The notes under the pieces are model-generated. The model made no database searches and was not told the origin of the DNA. It saw only the letters and a program-made list of their open reading frames with translations. Source: a virus (lineage: Duplodnaviria; Caudoviricetes). From it: DNA of 64,000 bases. The position numbers and the translations under genes are program-made. The stretch spans positions 22,941 through 86,940 of IMG/VR virus record IMGVR_UViG_3300031994_000057; one strand, 5' to 3'. How positions within the stretch are numbered: position 1 is the stretch's first letter; every line of letters begins with the position of its first letter. Below, piece after piece: positions 28,637 to 39,402 of the stretch.

Positions 28637-28862
28637 AATAAAAATCGGTATGGACAAAATTGTTCCTAGCCAGACAATTATATACCGATTATTTTTTGCC
28701 TCTCTCGTTCAGATGATGGGAGGGGGTGATTTGAACGAGAAATGTACAAATTAGTTTTACTTCCATTCTTTAATCTGGAATTGCCATTTTTGAAAAGCTC
28801 CATAAATAATATAACAATGACTCTAAAGTTCGCATATTGACACGTACATCAAATCCCCCTCC
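28637..28862. ncRNA. structured intergenic element(s)
   Basis: Late-type promoter 28626-28637; stem 28643-51/28682-90; hairpin 28703-28740; GGAGGGGG(T)GATTTGA complementary to TCAAATCCCCCTCC at 28849-28862. Confidence 0.35.
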
Positions 28863-29051
28863 AATTACTAAGACAATAAGGTTACTAAATCTCATTGTTT
28901 CTTCTTTCTTCTGTTGAGGGCTAGAAATAGCCCTCATATTTTATTTGTAAAATATTACATTTTAATATGATTAAAATGGTAGTAAAAATAGTAAATAATT
29001 ACACACTCTATAACAGAAATATAATAGAATATATCAGAAAGGACAACTGAT

Positions 29052-29231
29052 ATGCAAAAAGATACATTTATAGCCGTACTTAAGGATAATGATCCTGAAA
29101 AGATGATGGAATATTTACTTAATAACGGCAAGAAGCCTAAACCTTTTAATCCGTTTAGACTTCTTTCATCTAAAGAAATGGAGGAATTAAAAGATGGAAC
29201 AAACAATGAAAGACTTAATGAAAGAGATTAA
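29052..29231 (+). CDS. small conserved protein (59 aa, NGKKPKPFNP)
   Basis: AAAGGA RBS; overlaps the next gene; not in the track. Confidence 0.6.
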   Translation: MQKDTFIAVLKDNDPEKMMEYLLNNGKKPKPFNPFRLLSSKEMEELKDGTNNERLNERD

Positions 29232-29691
29232 GGAAGTAACAGCTAAACAGAGAGGTGCATCTAAGGTAGATGAAATCAGAGTTATGAGAACTATGCTTAA
29301 TGACCCTGACTTTACTGTATCTGTTTATGACAAGAGTAAAGGATTAATTGGTTCTCGCTGTCCTAGAGAAGAAGCTATTAAGTTTGCTAGTAATCTTTGC
29401 TCATCTGTAACTGGTATCGATAGCAAGTCTGCAGATGAACTCGCAGCTAATTATGAGTTTACTAAGAAGGATGCTATCTTCATGATTGATAATGCAAAGT
29501 CATTCATCCAGACTTATACTTCCACAATGCGTAAGTTGCCTATAATTCAGACAGAAGATTCACAGGCAGAGATCTTTACAAGACCTGTAGAAGCTAAGAC
29601 TAAGGTTATTCCTAGCACAGGAAAGACAACAACTGTCCCTGCTTATACTAAGATTATCTGCAAGTCAAAATGTCCTAAGTATGCTAAATAA
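29194..29691 (+). CDS. conserved jumbo-phage protein
   Basis: ORF track; highly biased codon usage. Confidence 0.75.
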   Translation: MEQTMKDLMKEIKEVTAKQRGASKVDEIRVMRTMLNDPDFTVSVYDKSKGLIGSRCPREEAIKFASNLCSSVTGIDSKSADELAANYEFTKKDAIFMIDNAKSFIQTYTSTMRKLPIIQTEDSQAEIFTRPVEAKTKVIPSTGKTTTVPAYTKIICKSKCPKYAK

Positions 29692-29706
29692 TTAAATATA
29701 GAAAAT

Positions 29707-29740
29707 AAGTCATAGGAGTATTATACTCCTATGACTTTTA
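29707..29740. terminator. bidirectional terminator
   Basis: AAGTCATAGGAGTA-tta-TACTCCTATGACTT between convergent genes. Confidence 0.8.
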
Positions 29741-30385
29741 TTTATTTAATTCATTTAAAAGATTATCTATTTCTTTAATAGAAATATCAAATGCATATAT
29801 AAGTGCTTCTTCCAATTTTATTCTAAATGATAACAAATCGTTTTCATATTTGATAAATTGTTTAACGATTTTTTCATCATTTATTATTTTAATAGCATTA
29901 TCAAAATATTTTGATTCATTATATTTATAACTCTTTTTATCTTCGTTAATATTTTTATTATAAATATTAAGTTCATTCTTTACACTATTTAAATCATATT
30001 TTAATTTGTTAATAATTTTACTACGATTTTTATTATTAATTTCTATCTCAAATAATTGTATTGAAGCATCTTTATATGATTTACCGTTTAAATTTTCTGC
30101 AAGTTCTGATTTAATTTCTTTTAATTTATTAATATTATTATTAATTAAATCATTCCATTCTTTAATAGTTACTGATTTATCATCATTTTTATTAAATTTA
30201 AAATATAATATAGGATCTTCATCAAAATCTTCATAGGAATCAATTTCTGATATTGCTGTTATTAATGGACAATTATCAGATAAATATTTATATGATTTTT
30301 TAATCGTACTATCATCTTTCTTTTTAAAAATATTTAATGATTCATTTATTACGCCATATCCGTAAAATTTATCACCATATATCAT
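29738..30385 (-). CDS. very AT-rich hypothetical protein, possible internal head protein
   Basis: GGAGG RBS; N-terminal ...VINES. Confidence 0.6.
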   Translation of the reverse strand: MIYGDKFYGYGVINESLNIFKKKDDSTIKKSYKYLSDNCPLITAISEIDSYEDFDEDPILYFKFNKNDDKSVTIKEWNDLINNNINKLKEIKSELAENLNGKSYKDASIQLFEIEINNKNRSKIINKLKYDLNSVKNELNIYNKNINEDKKSYKYNESKYFDNAIKIINDEKIVKQFIKYENDLLSFRIKLEEALIYAFDISIKEIDNLLNELNK

Positions 30386-30503
30386 TATATTATCCTCCTA
30401 ATATATATTATTATAAAAATGTTTTTTTTTTGATTAATGTATAGAATATATTTTTTCTTAACTGGATAACTTTATAGTAATTGACTATTAGGAGGAGATA
30501 ACA

Positions 30504-30647
30504 ATGACAGAATCCGAGAAATATAATATAGTCGAACAAGAAAAAGAGAGAGTGCTTGTTATGATGAAAGCATCTGTACAACAACTTCTTTTACGAAAGT
30601 GTATGAAAGATTGGGAGAGGAAGAATAACAATGGCTCAGATAATTAA
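30504..30647 (+). CDS. small hypothetical protein (47 aa)
   Basis: AGGAGG RBS; late-type promoter 30468-30479. Confidence 0.55.
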   Translation: MTESEKYNIVEQEKERVLVMMKASVQQLLLRKCMKDWERKNNNGSDN

Positions 30648-31344
30648 CCATGATAAAGAATATCCTGCAAAATGTGAAGAGTATATGAAATATATAGATA
30701 ATCATAGAGAAAGAGTAAAGACCGCTTACTGTATGTATTTCAAAGATAAAGTTGGCATTATATTTGAAAAGGTCTTTAATGAATCATGTACAGACCTGGG
30801 ATTATTAGTGCCACAAATAGAATACCAAATAGAAAATCATGATATGTCTAAGTATGGTGATGAAGAGTTTGAAGGATATAGAGCACACTTTAATCCAACC
30901 GCTTTAGAAGTAGAGAAGATGAATGATGATTCTGAATTCAAAGATTTGATTCAGGAGAATTTTGATCAGGCATGGTTACATCATCAGCAGAATAATGATC
31001 ATCATCCTCAATTCTGGGCTTGGAATAAACTTGAAGGTAGTAAATGGATTATATTAGATCAAATGAAACCAAAGGCTACATTGGATGATGGTATTATAGA
31101 TATACCTTTCAATTGTATAATATGTATGCTATGTGATTGGGCAGCGATGTCTAAAGGTGATAATGATTTTAATTATATTCCTTGGATGATTTCTGATGAT
31201 TCTAGAGATGAGATTGATTTATTAACTGGAGATACCAGAGATATTATTGTAAAGATTACTGAGTTAATTTTACCTGGTGAATATAATAAATATAAAGATC
31301 AAATTGAACAAAAGTTTTATGGAGATGATAATAAGGAGGAATAA
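30631..31344 (+). CDS. HD-like putative phosphohydrolase (DUF5662-like)
   Basis: NH...V, HDMSKY, AWLHH...NDHHP, MLCDW motifs. Confidence 0.65.
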   Translation: MAQIINHDKEYPAKCEEYMKYIDNHRERVKTAYCMYFKDKVGIIFEKVFNESCTDLGLLVPQIEYQIENHDMSKYGDEEFEGYRAHFNPTALEVEKMNDDSEFKDLIQENFDQAWLHHQQNNDHHPQFWAWNKLEGSKWIILDQMKPKATLDDGIIDIPFNCIICMLCDWAAMSKGDNDFNYIPWMISDDSRDEIDLLTGDTRDIIVKITELILPGEYNKYKDQIEQKFYGDDNKEE

Positions 31345-31347
31345 TAG

Positions 31348-32646
31348 ATGAATGCTTCTACATATGCACATAGTGTGACTATTAGTTTCCTTCTACATAA
31401 TCAAGTAACAGAGATTAATCCTAATCATATAAAGTATATTATAATCGAAAGTAATTATGAGCAGATTTTTATGCCTGTTATTTATATTTCGATGTCTATA
31501 AACAGGGATACTTATTCTAAGATAGTTAATAATGAGAAAGAAGGTAAGATATATCTCAAGATAGATAAATATAATGAGTATTCTCAGAATAAATTATATA
31601 AAAAATATCTTGAAGGACAATTTACTTACTTAACTTCAAATAACAACCCTAACTATGCTGAAGACTTATCATCATCTGGTAGTGGTAGTGATATTTATGT
31701 AACTATTAATCTTGCATTAATGAGTATGGATATCTTGAATAAAGAGAAGAGATCTTTTAATGGTATCTATAAAGATATAGACCAAGGAACTCTAATCTTA
31801 AAAGCATTTGAAGATTTAGAATCTGTTATATCTCCTTTGAAGTTTAATCCTCATTATAAGAATATCATGATTCCGCCTCTATCTTCAATACATAAATACT
31901 TATACTATCTATATGACATGTGTCCATTCTATGATACGAACTATATGTTTTTCATGGATTTCAATAGAACTTATTTATTGGACTATTCTGGTGATTATTG
32001 TCCTTCTAGAGATGGTCAGAAACATACTGTTATCTTGGATATAAATTCTGTATTAAGTGAAAAAGCATATTATGAAGGTATGGAAGAAACTGATGAAGAA
32101 TACCATATCTACATAAATCCCTCATACAGTACAATCGGTTTGAATAAACACTCAGATAAGATAATAAATCAGTTAGTATTTATAGATGATGAAGGAGATA
32201 TTCAAAAAGTAGATATTAACGTAAATGCTTCACCTGATTCTGCTGTTAAACAGAGTTTTATCAGAGGAGAACATGCTAAACTTTATATGAACGTCATGAA
32301 CTCTTCTGCTGAAGGTGTTGAAGTAATGAAAGAAGGTATGGATAGTTCTATTCTCACTCCAAATAAGATGTATATGGTTAATAATACCAAAGACCATTCA
32401 TGTGATGGTAAGTATTGTCTTATAAACAAGAGAGAAGTTATCAGAAATATGTCTGGTACTTTTAGAAATTCTATATCTCTTGGTTTACGTAAAGTAGGAG
32501 TTGTATTACCTCTTAGAGATGATGTAGAAGCAAGAGCAGTATATGATAATGCCTCTGCTGTATATCGTCAGAAGAATACTATAACAGAGAATACAACTAG
32601 GGAAATTTTAACTAATAATGGTACTAAAATAACAATAAATGGATGA
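31348..32646 (+). CDS. probable baseplate/tail hub protein
   Basis: Size, beta-rich pattern and position ahead of the fibre cluster; inference. Confidence 0.45.
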   Translation: MNASTYAHSVTISFLLHNQVTEINPNHIKYIIIESNYEQIFMPVIYISMSINRDTYSKIVNNEKEGKIYLKIDKYNEYSQNKLYKKYLEGQFTYLTSNNNPNYAEDLSSSGSGSDIYVTINLALMSMDILNKEKRSFNGIYKDIDQGTLILKAFEDLESVISPLKFNPHYKNIMIPPLSSIHKYLYYLYDMCPFYDTNYMFFMDFNRTYLLDYSGDYCPSRDGQKHTVILDINSVLSEKAYYEGMEETDEEYHIYINPSYSTIGLNKHSDKIINQLVFIDDEGDIQKVDINVNASPDSAVKQSFIRGEHAKLYMNVMNSSAEGVEVMKEGMDSSILTPNKMYMVNNTKDHSCDGKYCLINKREVIRNMSGTFRNSISLGLRKVGVVLPLRDDVEARAVYDNASAVYRQKNTITENTTREILTNNGTKITING

Positions 32647-32740
32647 CCTATGATGGTCATCCATTTTATTTTTTATCTTCTAATAATCTCTAAAACTATT
32701 TAACTTTTTAATAAATTACTTAAAGGAGGAATAAAGCCTT

Positions 32741-33439
32741 ATGTTGTTAGATATAAAATATGACGTCATTAATAGCCTTTTAATTAAGCTTAGATTTGAC
32801 GATAATTCTGTTAAAGAAGCTCGTGTATCTATTGGTGATGTTGTTAATTGCTCATATAACAAAAATGGTATGCGTAAGACCATTGAAGGTGTAGTTAAGA
32901 GAATTGCTACAGAGAACAATCCTTGCAACTGTCCTAAGTGGTATATGTATGTAGATTCTAGTAAGACTGGATTTGCAGCTGTTGAAAAGATTGAAGTTGA
33001 TAAGATTCTTGATATTGATGTATTAAGAAAGGGTGCTGGATTAATGGTTATCCATACACCTGGAAATAGAATGATGGTATCTGACTTCAGAATCAATGGC
33101 AATTACTTACAGTGTAGCCCTGACTACGGTAAGCATTGGTTTAAGGTTGCAGAACTTAAATGTGATACTTATGACGTTCCTGCAGAATATCAGGAACTTG
33201 CAGCTAAGATTGCTTCATTATTACCTGCTCATATGAATCCTGGTCTTAAGGCAGACTTAGTTGTTAAATTAGTATTACTCTTTAAGGATGAGAATCCTGA
33301 AGATATTGATATCAGAAGAATCGAAGAGAAGCTTGACAACACAATTGAAGATGTTGCTGAGAATACTTCCAATATCAACTATGTAACCAATAATTATGCA
33401 TTAGCTGAACAGGGAGATGAGACATCTGATGATTTCTAA
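32741..33439 (+). CDS. hypothetical structural protein
   Basis: AAGGAGG RBS; late-type promoter 32702-32713. Confidence 0.65.
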   Translation: MLLDIKYDVINSLLIKLRFDDNSVKEARVSIGDVVNCSYNKNGMRKTIEGVVKRIATENNPCNCPKWYMYVDSSKTGFAAVEKIEVDKILDIDVLRKGAGLMVIHTPGNRMMVSDFRINGNYLQCSPDYGKHWFKVAELKCDTYDVPAEYQELAAKIASLLPAHMNPGLKADLVVKLVLLFKDENPEDIDIRRIEEKLDNTIEDVAENTSNINYVTNNYALAEQGDETSDDF

Positions 33440-33689
33440 TGAATATCCTCACAAAAGTGAAGAACCAGTTAAACCTCAATTAGGTGTATTCATAGGTTCG
33501 GATGACTCTAATTATAAGAGAAAACCTGTATATCCTAGAGTATACCATAAACATTTGAATACTCAGACTCGTAATACCATATACGGTGAACAAGCCGATT
33601 CGTTATATGGTAATGTAACTGGATTAGAGATAGCAGAATTAAGCGCAGCGCAAATAGATTTCCTACTTGCAGAACAAAGAGACTATTAA
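33417..33689 (+). CDS. hypothetical protein with PVYPRVYHKHL motif
   Basis: ORF track; motif shared with 27726-28523. Confidence 0.55.
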   Translation: MRHLMISNEYPHKSEEPVKPQLGVFIGSDDSNYKRKPVYPRVYHKHLNTQTRNTIYGEQADSLYGNVTGLEIAELSAAQIDFLLAEQRDY

Positions 33690-33765
33690 AAAGATAGATT
33701 AGAAGAGGAGATTTTTAATCTCCTCTTCATACTTGTTTAAATATTATGAAAGGAGAACATTAAAT

Positions 33766-34554
33766 ATGCCAACGGAATTAAAAACAGACTTTAGATTTAA
33801 GCGTGGCACAAAAGATGGCTTAGAGCATTTAGCCGTTGAAAATGGATCTCTTAATTTTACTATTGACACTCAAGAATTCTATGTAGATATAGATGATCGT
33901 AGATTAACTATAAGTGGTGTAGAGTTCTATAATACTGAAGCAGAAATTAAGGCTTTAACAATTCCTGGTGACAAGATTTATGTCGCCAAAAATACAAGAC
34001 GAATATTAGCATATGATAAAGTTCAAGAGGACTGGATATACTTATCCAGTTCGGGTTTATCTATCGGTACTTGTTCTACATTAGGAGATGTAAAAGATAA
34101 GGTTGTTACTATAGCTGGTGACTTTGTATTAGATACAGGAGCTACAATTGTAGTTAAGTTCGCTAATACAAATACTTATAGTGCTACACTTGAGAATCAT
34201 ATCACTCTCAATGTAAACAATACTGGTGCCAAAGACATTTACTATGGAAATTCAGCCTCACCCACTGGAACTATTCCTATTGCATTTGGTGAAGAGAATG
34301 TTCTCATTCAATATATGTATGATGGAACTTATTGGGTTTGGATGGGATCTTCTAAAGATCAGAATACACAATATTCTGAAATGGATGAAACTGAAGCTAA
34401 GATTGGTGAATCTACTGTAGCTAAGGTTTTATCAGCAAGAACTTTAAATGCTGCTATAGAGAATAAGAATTGGGATGGAACTGTTAGTGAATATGAAGAT
34501 ATCACACATCCTGATCCTACGATAAATTATTTCATAGTACCAGATGAAGAATAG
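33766..34554 (+). CDS. tail fibre module protein
   Basis: GTCST...GATIVVKFANTNT...YDGTYWV module shared with 42234-43028. Confidence 0.65.
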   Translation: MPTELKTDFRFKRGTKDGLEHLAVENGSLNFTIDTQEFYVDIDDRRLTISGVEFYNTEAEIKALTIPGDKIYVAKNTRRILAYDKVQEDWIYLSSSGLSIGTCSTLGDVKDKVVTIAGDFVLDTGATIVVKFANTNTYSATLENHITLNVNNTGAKDIYYGNSASPTGTIPIAFGEENVLIQYMYDGTYWVWMGSSKDQNTQYSEMDETEAKIGESTVAKVLSARTLNAAIENKNWDGTVSEYEDITHPDPTINYFIVPDEE

Positions 34555-34567
34555 GGGGTAATGAATT

Positions 34568-35821
34568 ATGAAAACATTAAGAATTTGTAATTCAGAATTC
34601 TTGCCCGTATATCAAGATAGATCTCCTGATTACATATATTTCTTATATGATAAATTAGAGATCTATATCGAAAAGACACAGTATTTTGGATTGTATACTA
34701 TTATAGATACTCTTCCTGATGCTAGTGATCCTCATGATAAACCTGTTCCCAATATGCTTTATATCACTATGGATGGAGATGTTCATGTATTTGATGATGA
34801 ACACTGGAGAACCATTGCTGAGATAGAAGATGCTAGTCAGACAGAATATCTGACCAAGGCAGGTACTACATTCTTAATTAAATCTGGATATAGATACATT
34901 GATTCACAACAGAAGGTATTATGCTTACCATATCAGAATGGTGTATACCAATTATCTGTTATAGTAGATAAACCTATTATGATAGATAACCAGACTATCA
35001 TTGTTTATAATGAAGAGACTGGTCATTTTGAAATTGATGGTGAGAGATACTATGATGAATTTGGTCGTAATCCTGAAATAATGAAGTATACGGCAGATGA
35101 AACTAATACTGTCAAGACTTATATTCAGAATGACCATATTCATGCCGATGTAAAGTTATCTGCTAAGGTGGGTAATACTATTCAGATTAGAACTGATGGT
35201 TTATACGTTGGTGAGAAAGACTTTGCTTCTATACAAGAATTTGAAGCATTAGTAACAAGAGCACAGGCTCAGATGACTGCTTTCAATTCTTATATGACTA
35301 ATATTGAAGAAGCATTAGCTCATGTCGATATTACTCTTAGTGATGAGACTCTTAGAATGAAGATTCATGAATCATTACAAGATTATCAGTCAAATATCGA
35401 TGAGGCTATTAATAATTATGCAGAAATAGTTGCTAGATATGAAGAATTAAAACAACAGTTAATCAATCATATCTATGAAACTTTAAATGAGTATAGAGTA
35501 GATACTGTAGATAGAATTAATCAGATTGCTAATGCATGGAATATGATGATTCCATACTTCAAAGCAACTCTTACAGCTACTCCAGATGGTTATGATCCTG
35601 CATTCTATGGTTTAGATATAGATGATGAGAATAAAGTTTACTATAAACTTGGTCAAGAGTACTTATATCCTGATCAGAATATTGCTGATTTAGGATATAC
35701 ACAGATAGATCCTCATACTATGATGAATCTTAATCCTGGAGATGTGGTTACATTCTGCTATGCTCATATTAATAATGATATTATAGAAGCCAAATCTTGT
35801 GCGATTTGTGTTGCTGAATAA
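34568..35821 (+). CDS. structural protein with coiled-coil region
   Basis: ORF track; heptad-rich segment. Confidence 0.6.
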   Translation: MKTLRICNSEFLPVYQDRSPDYIYFLYDKLEIYIEKTQYFGLYTIIDTLPDASDPHDKPVPNMLYITMDGDVHVFDDEHWRTIAEIEDASQTEYLTKAGTTFLIKSGYRYIDSQQKVLCLPYQNGVYQLSVIVDKPIMIDNQTIIVYNEETGHFEIDGERYYDEFGRNPEIMKYTADETNTVKTYIQNDHIHADVKLSAKVGNTIQIRTDGLYVGEKDFASIQEFEALVTRAQAQMTAFNSYMTNIEEALAHVDITLSDETLRMKIHESLQDYQSNIDEAINNYAEIVARYEELKQQLINHIYETLNEYRVDTVDRINQIANAWNMMIPYFKATLTATPDGYDPAFYGLDIDDENKVYYKLGQEYLYPDQNIADLGYTQIDPHTMMNLNPGDVVTFCYAHINNDIIEAKSCAICVAE

Positions 35822-35878
35822 GGTACATATTATATTGTAGATTTTAACATTGATATAATATGGTGAAAGGAGACTACT

Positions 35879-36313
35879 ATGTCCGTTGTATCATCATTTG
35901 CAAAGATTCGACCTCGTAGAGGTACTCTGGCTAACTGGTCAGTTGAAAATCCTTTACTTGATGAAGGCGAATTTGTAATGGAAGTTCCTGATGCTGGTAT
36001 CGGTACAGGACTTACTAAAATAAAAGTTGGAGATGGTATTCATAGATATAATGAATTACCTTACTCTTTTGATGCAACTTCTGCTGCTAGTATTATCGGT
36101 GGTGGTGTTACATCATTTAATATGATCCAGATTCGTTCTGGTTCAAATTCTGAATGGAATGAAGTTGATCCTATTATTGCTACTAATGAAATTGTTTATG
36201 ACCAGACTTATAATTCTATTAAAATCGGTGACGGTGTTAAGAGATACTCTGAGTTATCTTTCATTAATGCAGCAGCAGTATTAGAAGATATCAATGCTGG
36301 TTCAGAAGGTTAA
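35879..36313 (+). CDS. tandem Mtd-N/hyaluronidase-N-like domain protein
   Basis: PRRGT..W...NP.L..GE...KVGDG...YNELPY present twice. Confidence 0.7.
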   Translation: MSVVSSFAKIRPRRGTLANWSVENPLLDEGEFVMEVPDAGIGTGLTKIKVGDGIHRYNELPYSFDATSAASIIGGGVTSFNMIQIRSGSNSEWNEVDPIIATNEIVYDQTYNSIKIGDGVKRYSELSFINAAAVLEDINAGSEG

Positions 36314-36395
36314 TTGTTAATTAAGAATTGTAGTTATGCCAGTTTCTATAATTCTATAATTATAAAAAAAAAATAAATTAAAGGAGAAAAATATT

Positions 36396-37943
36396 ATGCC
36401 TATCACAAATATTGCTAATCAGTTTAGCCCTCGTAGAGGTGCCAAGACTGCTATGAATAATCCTAGCAATCCTCAGTCAGCGATAGTTCTTAAAGCAGGT
36501 GAATTATTCATCGAATATCCCGATACCGGAGTCGGCACTGGTGCTTGTAAGGTAAAAGTCGGTGACGGCACTACACAGTATAAGGATCTTCCTTATGCCA
36601 TCGAGAACGATGCTTCAGGTGCTACTATTGATTTTGATCCTGATACATCTACTACAGTAGCTACAGCACTTTCACATGTTGTTAGTGGTGCTGCTACATC
36701 TGCTATCGTTGCTGGTCTTAAGCAGGCTGTTACATTGCTTAATGGTGAAGCTATTAAGTCAATGACAGTTGACGGTAACGTTATTACAGTTACAGACAAT
36801 GCTGTTTCATTTGATTCACCCGATTACACAATCGGCGTTTCTGCTGCATCTGGTACTGCTACAGTTACATTAGGTGCTGAGTCTGGCTATGGTAAGACAG
36901 ATTCTACATTCGATATTTCATCAAGTGATGGATCTATCGCTATTGATGTAACAAGTGGTGCTCTTGATCTTACAGCTAATGCTACAGGTGCAATCTCAAC
37001 TGTTTATGATACAGATCTTACAGCTGCTAAGGCTGTTGTATCTGATGCTAGTGGTAAGATTTCCGTTTCTACAGCTTCTGCTACAGAAGTTGGATACCTT
37101 GCTGGTGTTACAGGATCAATCCAGGATCAGTTAGACGCTAAGGCTGCTACTATCACTGGTGCTATCACAACAGTTGTTACAGATGACCTTACAGCTTCTA
37201 AGGTTGTTGTATCTGACACTAATGGAAAGATTGCTGCTTCTTCAGTTACTACTGCTGAACTTGAATACCTTGCTGGTACTACTGCTTCTGTTCAGAATCA
37301 GTTAGATGGTAAGGCTGCAGCTGCTCATACACATACAGAAGATGATATCACAGGATATATCGATGTAGCTAAACTTTATGGTGGTGCTTCAAGTGCTGGT
37401 CATAAGATTGACCTTGCATTAATTCCTCAGGGAGCACTCGAGAGACTTGTTGTCGTTGCTGATGAGGCAGCACTCCGTGCACTTACATCTTCAGATGTAC
37501 AGCTTGGCGATGTTGTTAAAGTTACAGCTACAGGTCTTATGTACTTCGTTAAGGATGAGTCCGCTCTTCCTGTTGGTGCAGAAGGACAGATTTCTGACGC
37601 ATTCGAAGAGTTCTCAGCTGGTACTGCTTCTTCAGTTCCTTGGAGTGGTGTAACTGGTAAGCCTGAGACATTCCCTCCTTCAACTCATACTCATACAATG
37701 AGTGAAATCACTGACCTTTACGGAAACTTCAGTGGTGCTACAAGCGCAGCAGCTGGTGCAACAGGTTTCGTTCCTGCTCCTCAGGCTGGTGATGAAGCTA
37801 AGTACCTTTGCGGAAATGGTACATGGGTTGCATTCACAAATGCTACAACAGCAGCAGCTGGTCTTATGTCAGCTGAAGATAAGCAGGCAGTTGAACTTCT
37901 TAAGGCTGGTATCTTTGACTTTGGTGATGAGACACCCGCTTAA
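36396..37943 (+). CDS. tail fibre protein (Mtd-N-like N-terminus, A/T/S/G-rich repeats)
   Basis: PRRG...KVGDGTTQYKDLPY; LTA.KAVVSD..GKI repeats; HTHT and SVPWSGVTGKP fibre motifs. Confidence 0.8.
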   Translation: MPITNIANQFSPRRGAKTAMNNPSNPQSAIVLKAGELFIEYPDTGVGTGACKVKVGDGTTQYKDLPYAIENDASGATIDFDPDTSTTVATALSHVVSGAATSAIVAGLKQAVTLLNGEAIKSMTVDGNVITVTDNAVSFDSPDYTIGVSAASGTATVTLGAESGYGKTDSTFDISSSDGSIAIDVTSGALDLTANATGAISTVYDTDLTAAKAVVSDASGKISVSTASATEVGYLAGVTGSIQDQLDAKAATITGAITTVVTDDLTASKVVVSDTNGKIAASSVTTAELEYLAGTTASVQNQLDGKAAAAHTHTEDDITGYIDVAKLYGGASSAGHKIDLALIPQGALERLVVVADEAALRALTSSDVQLGDVVKVTATGLMYFVKDESALPVGAEGQISDAFEEFSAGTASSVPWSGVTGKPETFPPSTHTHTMSEITDLYGNFSGATSAAAGATGFVPAPQAGDEAKYLCGNGTWVAFTNATTAAAGLMSAEDKQAVELLKAGIFDFGDETPA

Positions 37944-38011
37944 TAATCAGTCATTTAAAAATAAATAGTGGAGTGTGTAATTTTACATGCTCCACTATTT
38001 AATAATAAATA

Positions 38012-38836
38012 ATGGAGGTTAATGATAAAATGCCAATTGATATTGCAAAAACCTTATCACCTCGTAGAGGCAAAACCTCCGCAATGGCGACCAGTGATAA
38101 GAAGAATATAGTTCTCTCTCAAGGAGAAATATTTATAGAATATCCTAACACTGGTCTAGGTAGCAGTGGTATTTATCGCATTAAAGTCGGTGATGGAACT
38201 ACAACCTATGAAAACCTGCCAGATGCATTTATATCTGATATAAGTGATTGTGACGTTACATTTTCTGCTGATACATCGACAGATGTTACTACAGCACTTA
38301 GTCATGTAACTACTGGAGCTTCGTTAGCTACAATAGTAGCAGGTTTAAAGCAAGCTGCTCAGCTTATGCAGAACAGAGTATATTATCCTGCTAGTGTTTC
38401 ATCTTCGGGCATCAGTGCAAAGACTTTGGTAGGTAAGAGTAGTACAGGCAATTATGTGTCTTTGGCACAGAATGTCACTATAGATACCAAATATCCTATT
38501 CTTTATAGTGAGACTGCTGTTACTAGTGGTTCAACTAATGCTAATGCTCTGCTTATTGCAGCAGCAGATATAAGTGGAACTAAGACTTTTAGTGATTCAG
38601 GATCGATTCTATATGCTAAGGGACTTTTAAATGGTGTATTGTTTACAATAAATGATATTACTACAACTGCTCCTAGTACTGAGGATGGATATGAATATCT
38701 CATGCTTGGTATAACAAGTGGTTCAAATACCTTAGTTATCACTCCTAATCATGAAATCTTCAAGTATACCAATGGTGTATTTGCTAGATACTGTGATATT
38801 GGAGATTATGGATCTGAAGATCCCCTTTCAAATTAA
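38012..38836 (+). CDS. tail fibre module protein (Mtd-N-like)
   Basis: PRRG...KVGDGTTTYENLP; shares a helix with 36396-37943. Confidence 0.7.
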   Translation: MEVNDKMPIDIAKTLSPRRGKTSAMATSDKKNIVLSQGEIFIEYPNTGLGSSGIYRIKVGDGTTTYENLPDAFISDISDCDVTFSADTSTDVTTALSHVTTGASLATIVAGLKQAAQLMQNRVYYPASVSSSGISAKTLVGKSSTGNYVSLAQNVTIDTKYPILYSETAVTSGSTNANALLIAAADISGTKTFSDSGSILYAKGLLNGVLFTINDITTTAPSTEDGYEYLMLGITSGSNTLVITPNHEIFKYTNGVFARYCDIGDYGSEDPLSN

Positions 38837-38921
38837 AATACACATAAATGAAACGATAAAGGTGAGATTCTATATCTCACCTTTTTCATTTATTTAATCG
38901 GATAATGGAGGAAATAATAAG

Positions 38922-39386
38922 ATGGCTACTGTAAATAAAATTCTGTTGCCTCGAAGAGGTAAAAAATCTCTTATGGAGACTACAAAAGCATCAACACTCT
39001 TGGAGTCAGGAGAATTATTCGCAGAAGTTCCTGATGAAGGCGTTGGAAAAGGTCATACTAGATTCAAGATAGGTGACGGTACAACTGTTTATAGTGATCT
39101 TCCTTATGCTTTAGGAGATACCTCCAATGATGAAATTACTTTCCTTGATACAGCAGAGACTGATATCAATGTAGTAATTAGTAAGATAGCATCTGGTGCT
39201 AAATTAGAAACTTTAATTAAGAATATTAAGAAAGCCATTTCTATTTTAAAAGGAAATGATGATAAGTTAAACACATCTATCAGTAATCTTACTGATAGCA
39301 ATACAATTAAATACGTTAAGTTAGTTAATACTTTACCTGCAGACGCTGCATCACATCCTGATACAGTATACTTAATCAAGTCGTAG
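38922..39386 (+). CDS. tail fibre module protein (Mtd-N-like)
   Basis: PRRG...KIGDGTTVYSDLPY. Confidence 0.7.
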   Translation: MATVNKILLPRRGKKSLMETTKASTLLESGELFAEVPDEGVGKGHTRFKIGDGTTVYSDLPYALGDTSNDEITFLDTAETDINVVISKIASGAKLETLIKNIKKAISILKGNDDKLNTSISNLTDSNTIKYVKLVNTLPADAASHPDTVYLIKS

Positions 39387-39402
39387 AAAAGAGGTATTTG
39401 AT

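Noticed and set aside
28955-29206. 83-aa minus-strand ORF
   Set aside because: Shadow of the 59-aa plus-strand gene at 29052-29231
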